This document shows positions 7,627 to 18,708 of a stretch of DNA of 64,000 bases, one piece after another. A program made the translations under genes and the position numbers. Source of the stretch: a virus; IMG/VR virus record IMGVR_UViG_3300024348_000023, positions 8,169-72,168 of that record; one strand, 5' to 3'. Below the pieces are notes generated by a model. That model searched no databases and was not told where the DNA came from. It saw nothing but the letters and a program-made list of their open reading frames with translations. How positions within the stretch are numbered: position 1 is the stretch's first letter; the number at the start of each line of letters is the position of its first letter.

Positions 7627-10314
7627 ATGGCAACATCATTTCCTACCTCTAAAGACGACTTTGTAAATCCTCAATCAACGGATTCTGTACAAACGGTATC
7701 TCACGCTGCCCAGCATGCTAATGCTAATGATGCTATTGAGGCACTTGAGAATAAGGTTGGTGTTAATAATTCTACCGACCCTAATTCTTTAGATTATAAG
7801 GTAAAACAACTTGAGCTAAATTTCCTAGACGGGGAAGAGGTTCAAGATTTAGCTGCAGCACTTTTAGATCATGCTGATCACTCCAATGTAAATGTAACCT
7901 ATAACGACATAGCCAATAAGCTAATATTAACCGTTTCAAATGCCCCATCTGCTGGGTATACATCTATTGTAAAGCATACAGTAAGAGCTGGCGAAGGAAT
8001 GGTTGCGGGTACCCCAGTTTATGTAACTTCAGCAAATGGAACAAACATGATTGTTTCAAAAGCTAGCAATGCTGGAGAAGCAACATCTTCAAAAACTTTA
8101 GGACTACTCGCTCAAAATTTAAACGTAAATACAAATGGTTTTGTTATTACAGAAGGACTACTTGCAGGATTAAATACAAGTGCTGCTGCAGCAGGAGATC
8201 CAGTATGGCTTGGACCCACAGGCACACTAATCTATGGATTAACAAATAAACCAAAAGCGCCAAATCATTTAGTTTTTATAGGTATAGTAACAAGATCCAA
8301 TCAAAATAATGGTGAGATATTTGTTAGAGTACAAAATGGATTTGAGCTTGAAGAACTTCATAATGTTAACATAACTGCTCCAGCAACAGGCGAAGTTTTA
8401 ATATATAATGCAACCACAGGGCTATGGACCAATACAAATACAATTGCCTCAAAGTCATATGTGGACACAGCGATTTCTGGATTAAGCAATACAGCATCAA
8501 CAACATATGTGCCACTTTCCTTACTTGGAAATGCAGATGGAGTTGCAGAACTTGATGAAAATGGATATGTTCCGCAAGCACAGCTTAACATAGATGAAAG
8601 AATTCAAGATGTAGCTGCAAAGCTAATAACAGACGGAACTCACTATAATATATCTGTCTCATATAATGATACAAACGCAACACTAAGTTTAAGTGCAAAT
8701 TATGACGATGAAGAAGTAATGGATGCAATTGCTACGTCATTAACGGCGGGCAATGGAATAACAAAGACTTACAATGATGCTGAAAATACAATAACCCTTG
8801 CAGTAGATACTTCCGTTATAGCAGATAGAGCATATGTAAATACAGCAATATCAAACCTTATTGATGGTGCACCCGCACTTCTTGATACATTAAATGAAAT
8901 TGCAGCAGCAATTGGCGATGATTCAAATTTTGTAACAACAATAACAAATGCTCTTGCCACTAAATTAAATATAGATACTGCTGCAAGCACCTACCTGGCT
9001 ATTGCTAATGCCGACGAAATAATTCAAGACACCGTTGGCGGTATGGTATCTGGAAATACAGAACCAACAGGGCTTTCAGTTACATATGATGATCCAACTG
9101 GAAAACTTAATTTTGCAGTAACTACAGCAGACCTACCAGGCTTTACAGAAGCAGCACAAGATTCCGCTGCAAGCTTATTTACTCATTCAGGACACTCAAA
9201 TGTTACGGCAACTTATGATGATGTAGCAAATAGAATTAATCTTGCGGTAACTGCACAGTTAACTCAAGAACAAGCTCAGGACTATATTGCGCCACTTTTT
9301 ACACACGGCTTAAACCCTAATATCAGTGCTACATATGATGATCAAAACAATCGTTTAATTCTAGAAACAATTATTCCGCCATCAAAAGCAATTGTCTCAG
9401 CATTTGCTCCCTCAAACCCAGCAGATGGAGCATTCTGGTTTGATTCAGACGAATATAGAACTGGAACCACTAAAGCACTAAAGGTTTGGCAAGCATCTAC
9501 AAGCACATGGGAGTATGTTGCCTCAGATCTTTCGTTGTCAACAACAAATACATGGACTTCTAAGAACACATATACAAATGGTGTAATTATTGGATTAGAT
9601 GCCGCACCAGCATCACCAGTACACGGACAAATATATTACAATAAACCATTAAACAAACTTAAGGTTTGGGATGGCATCCTCTGGCAAGATATTCAAGGCG
9701 CTGGCGGCGGCGGAGGACTTACATTAATTCCAACAGATGATACAGCCCCACCAAGCACATTCTTTGTTGGCCTAATTGCACCACCATCAGGAGCAACTAC
9801 AACAGGTGATCTTTGGATTGATGTTGATGATATTGATACTCCATTCAATCAATTTTATACAGGCGGAGTAGCACCAGATCCAGCTCAATATGAATTTTGG
9901 GTTGATAATGTTGAACCAATTCAAGAATTAATCTATAGCGCAAATGAGCCAGGAACACCAAGTTACCCTGGAGAACTTTGGATTGACACAGATGATTATG
10001 ATGGAGCAATTGTAGAATTTGGAGCTACTCCACCAAATCCAAATAACGTTCAGCTATGGGTGGATATAAATGAAAATGAAAGCCCAAGCTATTATAAAGA
10101 TTTAACATTTACTAACTATGCAACAGTTGCAGATTTTCCATCTAATGCTCCAAATGGATATGTTGCTTCTGATGCATCAAGTGGGTTGGCATATGTAAGA
10201 AGCCAAGGTCAATGGTTGGCTATAGTAACTTCAGCAAATATAAATACGATTATTTCTTCAAACTCAACAGTATTTGAAGATTTGAAAGCCCTAACCTGGA
10301 TGGGATTTGAATAA
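7627..10314 (+). CDS. Large repetitive virion fibre/decoration protein
   Basis: Six E..QD...YnD...L.L repeats, a G.PVY...G.VITEG.L...GDPVWL beta domain, and five acidic P..P...W.D repeats. TATAAT lies 7 nt upstream of the ATG. Confidence 0.7.
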   Translation: MATSFPTSKDDFVNPQSTDSVQTVSHAAQHANANDAIEALENKVGVNNSTDPNSLDYKVKQLELNFLDGEEVQDLAAALLDHADHSNVNVTYNDIANKLILTVSNAPSAGYTSIVKHTVRAGEGMVAGTPVYVTSANGTNMIVSKASNAGEATSSKTLGLLAQNLNVNTNGFVITEGLLAGLNTSAAAAGDPVWLGPTGTLIYGLTNKPKAPNHLVFIGIVTRSNQNNGEIFVRVQNGFELEELHNVNITAPATGEVLIYNATTGLWTNTNTIASKSYVDTAISGLSNTASTTYVPLSLLGNADGVAELDENGYVPQAQLNIDERIQDVAAKLITDGTHYNISVSYNDTNATLSLSANYDDEEVMDAIATSLTAGNGITKTYNDAENTITLAVDTSVIADRAYVNTAISNLIDGAPALLDTLNEIAAAIGDDSNFVTTITNALATKLNIDTAASTYLAIANADEIIQDTVGGMVSGNTEPTGLSVTYDDPTGKLNFAVTTADLPGFTEAAQDSAASLFTHSGHSNVTATYDDVANRINLAVTAQLTQEQAQDYIAPLFTHGLNPNISATYDDQNNRLILETIIPPSKAIVSAFAPSNPADGAFWFDSDEYRTGTTKALKVWQASTSTWEYVASDLSLSTTNTWTSKNTYTNGVIIGLDAAPASPVHGQIYYNKPLNKLKVWDGILWQDIQGAGGGGGLTLIPTDDTAPPSTFFVGLIAPPSGATTTGDLWIDVDDIDTPFNQFYTGGVAPDPAQYEFWVDNVEPIQELIYSANEPGTPSYPGELWIDTDDYDGAIVEFGATPPNPNNVQLWVDINENESPSYYKDLTFTNYATVADFPSNAPNGYVASDASSGLAYVRSQGQWLAIVTSANINTIISSNSTVFEDLKALTWMGFE

Positions 10315-10320
10315 GCATTC

Positions 10321-10329
10321 TGGTATACT
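10321..10329 (+). promoter_or_regulatory. Extended -10 promoter
   Basis: Intergenic TGGTATACT followed by SD AGGAGG. Confidence 0.55.
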
Positions 10330-10350
10330 TTAGGGTAGGAGGGTCATAAC

Positions 10351-10971
10351 ATGTCACTAAAAAGATGGAATGGTAGCTCATGGGTTACCGTCGCTGGTTC
10401 AAGACCAGGACCCCAAGGTGCTACAGGACCTACAGGTCCAGCAGCAACTATTTCTGTAGGAACAGTAACAACTGTATCAGCAGGAACTTCAGCAGCAATT
10501 ACAAATGGTGGAACATCATCAGCTGCAATATTTAACTTTCAAATTCCAGCAGGACCAACTGGTGCAGCAGGTGCTGCAGGATCACAAGGTGTGGCGGGAC
10601 AAAGAGGTTCTTATACTTTTACAGGAATCAATAATCCAACATCACAGAATCCAGCAAGTAAGCTAGGGCTAGACACATATTTAAATACAACAACTGGAGA
10701 TTATTTCCAATATAATTCTTCAAACTCTACTTGGGTACTTCAAGGAAACTTAAAGGGCCCAGTGGGAACAGCTGGCACACAAGGTATTACTGGCCCAACT
10801 GGAGCAACAGGGCCAGCTGGAGAGACAGCAGTAAATAATGTTATAGCAGAATTAAATAGTTGGAAGGCAGACCAGATACTTAATCTTGGTGTATACTATC
10901 CAAAGTATGAATTCTTAACAAATACGTCACAAAACAATGCAACAATTTTAGCAACAAGCATGATATTCTAG
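10351..10971 (+). CDS. Collagen-like virion protein
   Basis: Gly-X-Y tracts interrupted by TISVGTVTT...FNFQIP and D.YLN..TGD.F modules. Confidence 0.8.
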   Translation: MSLKRWNGSSWVTVAGSRPGPQGATGPTGPAATISVGTVTTVSAGTSAAITNGGTSSAAIFNFQIPAGPTGAAGAAGSQGVAGQRGSYTFTGINNPTSQNPASKLGLDTYLNTTTGDYFQYNSSNSTWVLQGNLKGPVGTAGTQGITGPTGATGPAGETAVNNVIAELNSWKADQILNLGVYYPKYEFLTNTSQNNATILATSMIF

Positions 10972-10983
10972 GAGACAAAAACT

Positions 10984-13900
10984 ATGGCAAGAAAAATTCT
11001 AAACGCAACAGACATTGAGTTTGAACCACTAACAGGAACTTTAAAGATTCCTCAACTCATTCATAGAAGCAAGTTGTTGCTAATTACTAACGTAACAGTA
11101 AACAAAATTGTTTATAATTTTGCAGATCCTGCCCTAGGTTTATATGACCACATTCTAGATAATACAACAAATCCAGCACGTGGTTCTACAACTCTTGTCT
11201 TACAGTACAATACAGCAAACATGCTTTCAACAGATAAGTTCCAAATTGTATATGATGAGAATAATGAAAGATTTGAGCCAGCAGACTATATGGTTGATGC
11301 TGTAGGTAAGCTTCGTACATCTAACCCTAAGTCTCTTATTGATACTGACTTTGAATACGGTATCCAGAACTCTAAGTGGGAAACACTTACAATGATTCAA
11401 AATTACCCAGGTTTCTACGGAAGATCCTCTGGAGGAAATGCTCTTGATCTTCAGATTGTAGTTGGAGATGGAACAGCAACATCATCAAGATTTTCAAAGA
11501 TTACAGTAACATGTAATTCACCACACGGACTTTCTGCAGGAGATGTTATTTCTGTTCAAGAAACAACAACAGATAATGCAGACGGAACATTTTTATGTAC
11601 TCCAACAGGAGCAAATACATTTGAATACACAGCAAAAGGTATTGTTACTGGAAATATTCTTGATGGAACTTTGACATCTATTTATGGTGGAGGCATTTTT
11701 GATAATGCTCACATTATGGGTGGAGTTGTTGGAAACCTAGGAGCTTTTTCTGCAGTATCAGATCAAGCAACTCCTTCAAGAATTACAGTAGTTTCACCAA
11801 AGCCTCATGGACTTCTTCCAGGCACACCAATTCTTATTACACAAAAAGAAGGAAGCAATTTTTACGGAAGCTTCTTTATTGATACAGTAGACACACCAAA
11901 CTCAATGTCATTTATGGCAGCAGGACAAATTAATAATCCAATTAATACAACTGCACAAGGTTTGTATGCAAAGCCAGAAGGCTATGTAAATCACAGACCA
12001 CATGATGGTGGAGTTATTCTTTCAACAGGAAATAACGTTTGCGGAACACAGACAATGCGCCAAACACGTAGATTCTTTAGATACCAGTCGGGTAAGTCAA
12101 TTCAGTTCTCAACAGGAACAAAGTTCACACCAACATTCCAGGCTGAATATATTGCATCAACAGGACTTGTTCCAGGATCACAAAACATTACAGTTACAAC
12201 AAATGCTTCTCACAATTTACAGCCAGGAGCTTTTGTAAAAATTGAAGGTGTTGAAGTTTCAGGAACATATAACCCATTCAATGGTATCCACCTAGTAACA
12301 GCAATTATTGACGCAACAACATTTAGATATACAGTAGTATTTACAAGTACATTATCAGCAATTGATCAAATCCCAGGTGGAGTTAACGTATTCGTTACAG
12401 CCTACCGCTGGAAGGGTGCATCAACTAGAGCAGGCCTATATTCAGAGCAGGATGGTTTCTTCTTTGAGTATGACGGATCTGGAATTTTTGCTTGCCGTCA
12501 ATGGTCAACATCAACACTTAGAGGTAATATTGCGGTAACAAGATATAACTCTACAGTCACGGGAACAGATACAATATTTAGAAAGCAGTTAGTCTCAGGA
12601 GATAAAATTGTTATCCGTGGACAAACATATAGAATTCTACAAATTGCATCAGATACATCTATGACAATTGCACCAGCTTACCGTGGAGCATCGCAGCCGA
12701 ATGTTAAGGTTAGAAAGGTTCAAATTATTAAGGTTCCTCAATCACAGTGGAATTTGGATAAGTTTGATGGCACTGGACCTTCAGGACACTTATTTGATCC
12801 TTCAAAGATGCAGATGACATACATTGATTACTCATGGTATGGAGCTGGAACCATTAGATATGGATTTAGAGGACAAAGTGGAAAGATTACCTGGTGCCAT
12901 GAAATTTCAAATAACAATACTAACTTAGCAGCATATCAAAGATCAGGTAACCTACCTGCTAGATATGAAGCAATTAATGAGCCAACAAAGTTCTCAAAGC
13001 TAGTAGCTGGAGGAACTGCGGTAAGAGGGTCAAATCTTCTTCCACAAGATACAGTTATGTATGTTGATAATGTTGATTACTGGCCAGCAAATGGATACAT
13101 TAGAATTCAAGATGAAAACTATGTAGAAATTGCACGTTATACATCAATTGGTGCTTATAATAATACAGCAAAGGGCTTCGCTATGAATCTTATTCGTAGA
13201 CAGCCTTATGTTACATATTATTCTGGAGCAGCATATAGTCTTAATGGAACATATGTAGCAGCAACATTTAGACCAGATGCAACAATTCCTGGTGGTTCAG
13301 GTTCTGCTCAGGTTTCAGTACAGGTTATCTCTCAGGAATGTGCTCCAGTTATGAGCCACTGGGGATCTTCAGTAATTATGGATGGAGGCTTCGATGATGA
13401 TGCTTCGTTCATCTTTACAGCTGGTATGCAGCGTTACTTACAGGTCGGTGGTTCTGGATCTGTTTCAGCAACAATCGTATCTAGAGTAAGAACATCAGGA
13501 GTTGCAACAGTAACAACATCTGCACCACACTCATTGCTTGCAGGATACAATGCAACAATTTCAGGTATTGATGATATATCTGTAATTACATATAAGCAGC
13601 TAACTTCAAATACAGCAAGCTTGACAACATCTGTTGCTCACAAGCATAGAGTTGGACAAACAGTTGTTGTATCTGGTGTAGACTCAGTATTTAACGGAAC
13701 ATGGACAATTACTGGTGTTACATCTACAACAATTTTGTATGCTAGAACTGCAACAAATATACCATTCCAAGCAGCAACTGGATCAGCAATTACATCAAGT
13801 TATTACAATGGAACATTCCTTATCAATAACGTAACTACAAATACAATTTCATATGCAGTTGCACAAGCTGATGAAGCTTCACAATCTGTTAATCCAAATG

Positions 13901-14472
13901 GTGCTGTTGTTCAAACATTCGGTGCTACACAGCAAGCACGTCCTCTAATTTCTCTTAGAGTGGCACCTTCTGTAGATAATGGTACTGGACGTAACTTTGG
14001 TCTTCGTGAATTATCAAATAATATGCAGCTAAAACTCTTTAACATTAACATTCTTTCACAGGGTCAGTTCCTTATAGAAGGAATTCTTAATGCACAGTCA
14101 CTTAACGGTGTAGTAGTTCCAGATGCATGGGCAAGTAATAGAGTGGGTTCAGGATCACTTGCTCAAATTATTTATCACGATGGAACAGGAACAACTGGTT
14201 CACCAGTTCTTTCTCCTACAAATACCGTTTCTGGAGGTGACCGTGTGTTTGCATTCTACACAGATAACGCTGGTGGTACTAACTACTCAGTTACTCGTGT
14301 AGATCTTACAAAGGCTCGTGACCTAGGAAACTCAATTCTTAATGGAGACGGCAGCACGGCTTGCCCAGGCTTCCCGAATGCTCCAGATATCTTGACAATT
14401 CTTGCAACCAACCTTGGTTCATCAGCGGCTAATATTTCAGCTACGCTGTCATGGACAGAAGCGCAGGCGTAA
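10984..14472 (+). CDS. Large virion structural protein with repeated beta modules
   Basis: 1162 aa with several T...PH.L..G..V.I.G modules; SD GGAG. Confidence 0.7.
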   Translation: MARKILNATDIEFEPLTGTLKIPQLIHRSKLLLITNVTVNKIVYNFADPALGLYDHILDNTTNPARGSTTLVLQYNTANMLSTDKFQIVYDENNERFEPADYMVDAVGKLRTSNPKSLIDTDFEYGIQNSKWETLTMIQNYPGFYGRSSGGNALDLQIVVGDGTATSSRFSKITVTCNSPHGLSAGDVISVQETTTDNADGTFLCTPTGANTFEYTAKGIVTGNILDGTLTSIYGGGIFDNAHIMGGVVGNLGAFSAVSDQATPSRITVVSPKPHGLLPGTPILITQKEGSNFYGSFFIDTVDTPNSMSFMAAGQINNPINTTAQGLYAKPEGYVNHRPHDGGVILSTGNNVCGTQTMRQTRRFFRYQSGKSIQFSTGTKFTPTFQAEYIASTGLVPGSQNITVTTNASHNLQPGAFVKIEGVEVSGTYNPFNGIHLVTAIIDATTFRYTVVFTSTLSAIDQIPGGVNVFVTAYRWKGASTRAGLYSEQDGFFFEYDGSGIFACRQWSTSTLRGNIAVTRYNSTVTGTDTIFRKQLVSGDKIVIRGQTYRILQIASDTSMTIAPAYRGASQPNVKVRKVQIIKVPQSQWNLDKFDGTGPSGHLFDPSKMQMTYIDYSWYGAGTIRYGFRGQSGKITWCHEISNNNTNLAAYQRSGNLPARYEAINEPTKFSKLVAGGTAVRGSNLLPQDTVMYVDNVDYWPANGYIRIQDENYVEIARYTSIGAYNNTAKGFAMNLIRRQPYVTYYSGAAYSLNGTYVAATFRPDATIPGGSGSAQVSVQVISQECAPVMSHWGSSVIMDGGFDDDASFIFTAGMQRYLQVGGSGSVSATIVSRVRTSGVATVTTSAPHSLLAGYNATISGIDDISVITYKQLTSNTASLTTSVAHKHRVGQTVVVSGVDSVFNGTWTITGVTSTTILYARTATNIPFQAATGSAITSSYYNGTFLINNVTTNTISYAVAQADEASQSVNPNGAVVQTFGATQQARPLISLRVAPSVDNGTGRNFGLRELSNNMQLKLFNINILSQGQFLIEGILNAQSLNGVVVPDAWASNRVGSGSLAQIIYHDGTGTTGSPVLSPTNTVSGGDRVFAFYTDNAGGTNYSVTRVDLTKARDLGNSILNGDGSTACPGFPNAPDILTILATNLGSSAANISATLSWTEAQA

Positions 14473-14475
14473 AAA

Positions 14476-15138
14476 ATGCCAGATTACTCATCATTAAGTA
14501 CTCAGATAGATAAGTTTAAAACAGCAGCAACTGCTTTAATGAATAGCGGAACTTTATCTGCAAATGATCTCCAACTTGTTGGAGCGGCATTGAATCAAAT
14601 GGGTAATACTTTGGGTGTTGCTGATATAAATAACTCTGTTGTAGATGGAATTGCAACAATAAACTTTTATAAAGATTCAGCAATAACAGCCTTTAATTCA
14701 GGTACAAATGGTACAAGATTAACAACAGCAGAATCAAACATTACTAATTTGCAGGGCAGAGTTACAAATGCTGAAGGATTTATTTCTACAAATGGTGCTC
14801 AATACACAACACTTCAGTCCACAGTTTCTGCTCTTCAAACATCTTTATCCACAGTTCCTTCCTCATGGAAGATTATTACAGCTAACTATACTGCCTTAAA
14901 TAACGAAAGAATATTTGTTAACCAGGGCGGAATTACAATAACTCTTCCACTAAATCCAACACTAGGATGGCAGGTTCAGCTCGTAGATATGACTGGAGCA
15001 GCAGGAACAACAAACTGGACTGTTGCAAGAAATTCACAAAGAATACAAGGAACTCAAGAAAACCTTGTAGTTAATATTAGCGGAGCTAGAATGACGCTAG
15101 TCTACACAGATGCCGTGAGAGGATGGACACTAACCTAA
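14476..15138 (+). CDS. Fibre-like coiled-coil virion protein
   Basis: Heptad region followed by an ITITLP..P..G..V...D...TVARN...I...L.Y.....GW C-terminal domain. The N-terminus is paralogous to 16518. Confidence 0.65.
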   Translation: MPDYSSLSTQIDKFKTAATALMNSGTLSANDLQLVGAALNQMGNTLGVADINNSVVDGIATINFYKDSAITAFNSGTNGTRLTTAESNITNLQGRVTNAEGFISTNGAQYTTLQSTVSALQTSLSTVPSSWKIITANYTALNNERIFVNQGGITITLPLNPTLGWQVQLVDMTGAAGTTNWTVARNSQRIQGTQENLVVNISGARMTLVYTDAVRGWTLT

Positions 15139-16073
15139 TGCCAAATTTTTCAGATGTATATATTCCAACAACGGGGGTAACCCAGACATCCCTAGGTATT
15201 ACAGCGCAAACGCTTGGAATTCAAAGTGGTCTTAATTCAGTATATCCAGAAGTAACGGACGGATCAAGAAGACCATATCAAATACCATCTATATACTCAG
15301 TTAACATGCGTGGAAATGCAATGTTTAACAACTACTCATGGGATAACTCAGATGACTGGACAAACTTCTATACTTATTTAACAGGCACACAGCCATGGGA
15401 TGCCGAGAGAGCATTCTGGTATGCACTTGGTGGATATAGAAATATGAATGAAAATCGAAAGTCATTCTGGTCAGCAGCATATAAGCGTATGGATTTTGCT
15501 ACAAATAATATGTGTGGAATCTCAAATTCACGCTTGCATACTTGGCCTAGAACTACATGCTACGGTCCATTTGGTTCTCGTGTAATGTTTATCAGAAACT
15601 TTGGCTCTACAGCACAAACTGTATCAGTTTGGGGATTAGTCGGAACATACTGGTGCAGCGGATACGATGGGGCGGGACTTCAAGTTGGAAGACCAACATA
15701 TTCAACAGGAACTAAATATTCGGCAGCAAATGGAATGTCTTGGACAAACCTTGCAACTTTAACAGGATCAAGCTCATCTAACGCTGGAATTTCAGGTTCA
15801 TTTACATTAAACGCAGGAGAATCTTGCGTAGTCCTACTATGTAATACATTTACATTTTGGACAGACACATCAAACAACTATCACTGGAATGAGAATAATG
15901 CATTCTATAACTTACAGGGTACATTTACTGGATCAAACAACTTTATCCAACCAGATATGAGATTAACTCAAGCAGCACAAATATTTAATGAAGTAAATAA
16001 TGCTAACTATACATCAACAATCGATTCCCATAAAATTTGGAATTTTGCAGCTACAGTATATGGAGACAGATAA
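15138..16073 (+). CDS. Putative receptor-binding/adhesin protein
   Basis: TAATG overlap start; aromatic/Asn/Ser-rich; followed by a fibre chaperone. Confidence 0.55.
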   Translation: MPNFSDVYIPTTGVTQTSLGITAQTLGIQSGLNSVYPEVTDGSRRPYQIPSIYSVNMRGNAMFNNYSWDNSDDWTNFYTYLTGTQPWDAERAFWYALGGYRNMNENRKSFWSAAYKRMDFATNNMCGISNSRLHTWPRTTCYGPFGSRVMFIRNFGSTAQTVSVWGLVGTYWCSGYDGAGLQVGRPTYSTGTKYSAANGMSWTNLATLTGSSSSNAGISGSFTLNAGESCVVLLCNTFTFWTDTSNNYHWNENNAFYNLQGTFTGSNNFIQPDMRLTQAAQIFNEVNNANYTSTIDSHKIWNFAATVYGDR

Positions 16074-16480
16074 TGACTGAATTTAAAAAATATGCTAGAT
16101 TTAGCTCAAGCCACGACATTCAAGTTGAAACAAGAACATGGCATGAGTTACCAACTGACAACACAGAAGATGGGTCAGAGTGGTTTGAAGTTGATGAGTC
16201 GTTTACTGGTGAAAGACATATGGTTTATAACAATGGTTCACCAAGATTGATGACAGATGAAGAACACGAAGACTGGCAGGCTGGAATTAATTTAAGCGGT
16301 GCCCTAAATGTTGGAAGAACAAAAAGAAACCAACTATTAAAATTATCAGACTGGGTTGAAACATCCTCAATGTCTGATGAGAAGAAGGAAGAGTGGAGAG
16401 TCTATCGACAAGCCCTCAGAGATCTTCCAGAAACCATAACAGATTATAATATTGTGTATCCTACGGAGCCTACATTATAA
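16073..16480 (+). CDS. Tail fibre assembly chaperone
   Basis: R..RNQLL..SDW.......EW..YRQALRDLP......YP..P motif; TAATG start. Confidence 0.8.
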   Translation: MTEFKKYARFSSSHDIQVETRTWHELPTDNTEDGSEWFEVDESFTGERHMVYNNGSPRLMTDEEHEDWQAGINLSGALNVGRTKRNQLLKLSDWVETSSMSDEKKEEWRVYRQALRDLPETITDYNIVYPTEPTL

Positions 16481-16488
16481 TGCTATTA

Positions 16489-16497
16489 TGCTATACT
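16489..16497 (+). promoter_or_regulatory. Extended -10 promoter
   Basis: TGCTATACT followed by SD GAGGTG. Confidence 0.55.
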
Positions 16498-16517
16498 ATA
16501 CAAAGAGGTGATCAATA

Positions 16518-16850
16518 ATGCCAGATTATGCAAGCTTAACCGCTCAAGTAGATCTATTTAAGACTAAGGTAGCAGCCCTTAGCGGATCTTCCCTGGGCGC
16601 ACAAGAATTGGTTTATTTAGCAAAAGCTATTGAGTCAATGGGAAATCTTTTGGGAGTCAACGATGTTTTGGCAGCTACAAACACAAAGCTCAATGATATC
16701 TCAACTGCAGTAACTGGCGCTGTAACAACAGTTGCGTCTGCAGGAAGTACACAAGTAGCAGCGGTAGCTGCAGCAGGAGCAACACAGGTAGCAGCTGTTG
16801 CAAATGAATTAAATAACTTTACAATTTATCAGAATATGGGAGTAATATAA
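16518..16850 (+). CDS. Hypothetical virion protein
   Basis: The MPDYASL..QVD.FKT start is shared with 14476. Confidence 0.7.
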   Translation: MPDYASLTAQVDLFKTKVAALSGSSLGAQELVYLAKAIESMGNLLGVNDVLAATNTKLNDISTAVTGAVTTVASAGSTQVAAVAAAGATQVAAVANELNNFTIYQNMGVI

Positions 16851-16851
16851 T

Positions 16852-17172
16852 ATGCCAACAACAGTTAGTTTACCAGCACGTTTCTATGCAGGAACACTTA
16901 CAAACGCAGAAGTAGGAGTTTGGACAGTACCAGCAGCAGAGACAGATGTAATTACATCAATTACAGTACAAAACATCACACTTGCTGCACAGACATTTGA
17001 TGTTAAGATGGCAGGAACATTCTTAGCTTACCAGCTAAGTCTTCCACCACAAACATTTATGACATTAGATATTAAGCAAGTTCTTAACACAGCTGAGAGT
17101 ATTTTAGTAAAGGCTTCAAATAACAATGCCGTTACAATGTTTATCTCAGGCGTAAAAATAACATCATCTTGA
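16852..17172 (+). CDS. Small beta-sandwich virion protein
   Basis: Paralogous to the N-terminus of 21300 (P.RF.AG...TV.N...LN..ESI...ISGV). Confidence 0.7.
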   Translation: MPTTVSLPARFYAGTLTNAEVGVWTVPAAETDVITSITVQNITLAAQTFDVKMAGTFLAYQLSLPPQTFMTLDIKQVLNTAESILVKASNNNAVTMFISGVKITSS

Positions 17173-17189
17173 TTTAAGGAGTAATAAGA

Positions 17190-18182
17190 ATGCCATCATC
17201 ATCAACCTCGCAGTCCGTTTATTTACCAGGACTTACGACAACAATTAATACAGCTATCACTGCAGGGCTTAATGCTGGTATTACCGCAGAAGCAATTGCA
17301 GCAGGTGGAGTAAGCTCTATGTACTTGCCACTAGAAAGCAGAATTTATAACTCTGGTAACTGGACACGTCCAGCCAACTCAGGACCAGTTGTAAAGCTTA
17401 TCCTCATTGGTGGAGGCGGAGCAGGTGGATGTGGTGTTTCATGGTCACATAATGGCTCAGGTGGCGGAGGAGCTGGACAGCTTGTTGAAAGATGGTTAGA
17501 TATTTCTTCAGTAGCAATTGGAGGAACAATTCCAGTTACAATTGGTGCAGGCGGACCAGCAGTTGGTGGAAACTCTAATGGTAACAATGGAGGTAACTCT
17601 TCATTCGGTGTTAACGGAAACTCATTTTATGTAATTGCATACGGTGGCGGTGGCGGTGGCTATCCTTACGGTTCTGGCAATAACGGAAACTCTGGCTCAA
17701 TGGGTCAGGGTATGTCAAATCAAAACGGTGGAGGCTCAGGCGGAGGCGGAGGAGCTGGCGGAGATTGGCAGTACGGAGCAGCAGGCGGAGGCGGAGGCGC
17801 TGGCGGAGCAGGTGGCGCTGGAAGAAATACAACATCTAGCAACGGAACTGGATCACCAGGCTATGCTGGTGGATTTGGTTGGGGACCAGGAGCATCTGGT
17901 GGTGCTGCAGGATCAAATCACAGCTGGACATCATGGATTGGTGTCGGAGGATTTGGCGGAGAAGGAATGTACGGACTCGCAGGCGGTGGTGGCGGTGGCG
18001 GAGGAGCTGGTGGCGGAGGTTCGTGTGGCGGAGGAGCTGGTGGATCACAGACTACTGATAACTCAGGCGGAGCAGGTAGAGATGGAACAGGCTCAGGTGG
18101 CGGAGGAAATAATCACACAGGTGGTAATGGTGCAAAGGGAGGAAACGGCGTAGCTATTATTACATACTACGTTAAGGCATAA
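17190..18182 (+). CDS. Glycine-rich domain virion protein
   Basis: SG.W.RP...V...LIGGGG.GG...GGGGAG...GG.GV.II.Y. Confidence 0.8.
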   Translation: MPSSSTSQSVYLPGLTTTINTAITAGLNAGITAEAIAAGGVSSMYLPLESRIYNSGNWTRPANSGPVVKLILIGGGGAGGCGVSWSHNGSGGGGAGQLVERWLDISSVAIGGTIPVTIGAGGPAVGGNSNGNNGGNSSFGVNGNSFYVIAYGGGGGGYPYGSGNNGNSGSMGQGMSNQNGGGSGGGGGAGGDWQYGAAGGGGGAGGAGGAGRNTTSSNGTGSPGYAGGFGWGPGASGGAAGSNHSWTSWIGVGGFGGEGMYGLAGGGGGGGGAGGGGSCGGGAGGSQTTDNSGGAGRDGTGSGGGGNNHTGGNGAKGGNGVAIITYYVKA

Positions 18183-18184
18183 TT

Positions 18185-18463
18185 ATGAGAAATTACGTAT
18201 TTATTAATGAAGACGGTACAGTTCATAACATATTAAACCTAGTTGGCCCAGAAGCAATTGCTGCAAATGATGATTTAAAGGATTTGCTACATTTTGATTA
18301 CACAGATTGGGCAGAAGAAGACAAGCCAGCCCCAAGCTGGACATATAACAGAGAAACAGAACAATGGAATAAGATTTTGCCATTTACTGCACCAATTCCA
18401 ACAACACATCTTGTAGAGATTACAGAGCCAGCAGCGGATGAATTAGCAGGAGGTAATGAATAA
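18185..18463 (+). CDS. Small partner protein of the glycine-rich protein
   Basis: YVFI..DG.V.NI ... P.PSWTY. Confidence 0.7.
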   Translation: MRNYVFINEDGTVHNILNLVGPEAIAANDDLKDLLHFDYTDWAEEDKPAPSWTYNRETEQWNKILPFTAPIPTTHLVEITEPAADELAGGNE

Positions 18464-18708
18464 TGTCAAAGACATGGGCAATTTTAGTAGATAATGTTAT
18501 TGGAAATGTTGTAGTTGCAGACCAGGAGTTTATTGAGTCTCATCCAGATTTTTCACAGTTAGATAAAATTGATATTACTGATTATGATCCAATGCCAGGA
18601 GTAGCATGGAAATTAGAAGATAATAAATTTATTGCACCAGAGCATGTAAAGCCAAAAGCAGATCATGTTCTAGATGACGGACTTCATGAAATCGAGGTAA
18701 AAGCATAA
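18463..18708 (+). CDS. Small partner protein
   Basis: WAILVDNV..NVVVA ... P.PG.AW....KFIAP; SD GGAGG. Confidence 0.7.
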   Translation: MSKTWAILVDNVIGNVVVADQEFIESHPDFSQLDKIDITDYDPMPGVAWKLEDNKFIAPEHVKPKADHVLDDGLHEIEVKA

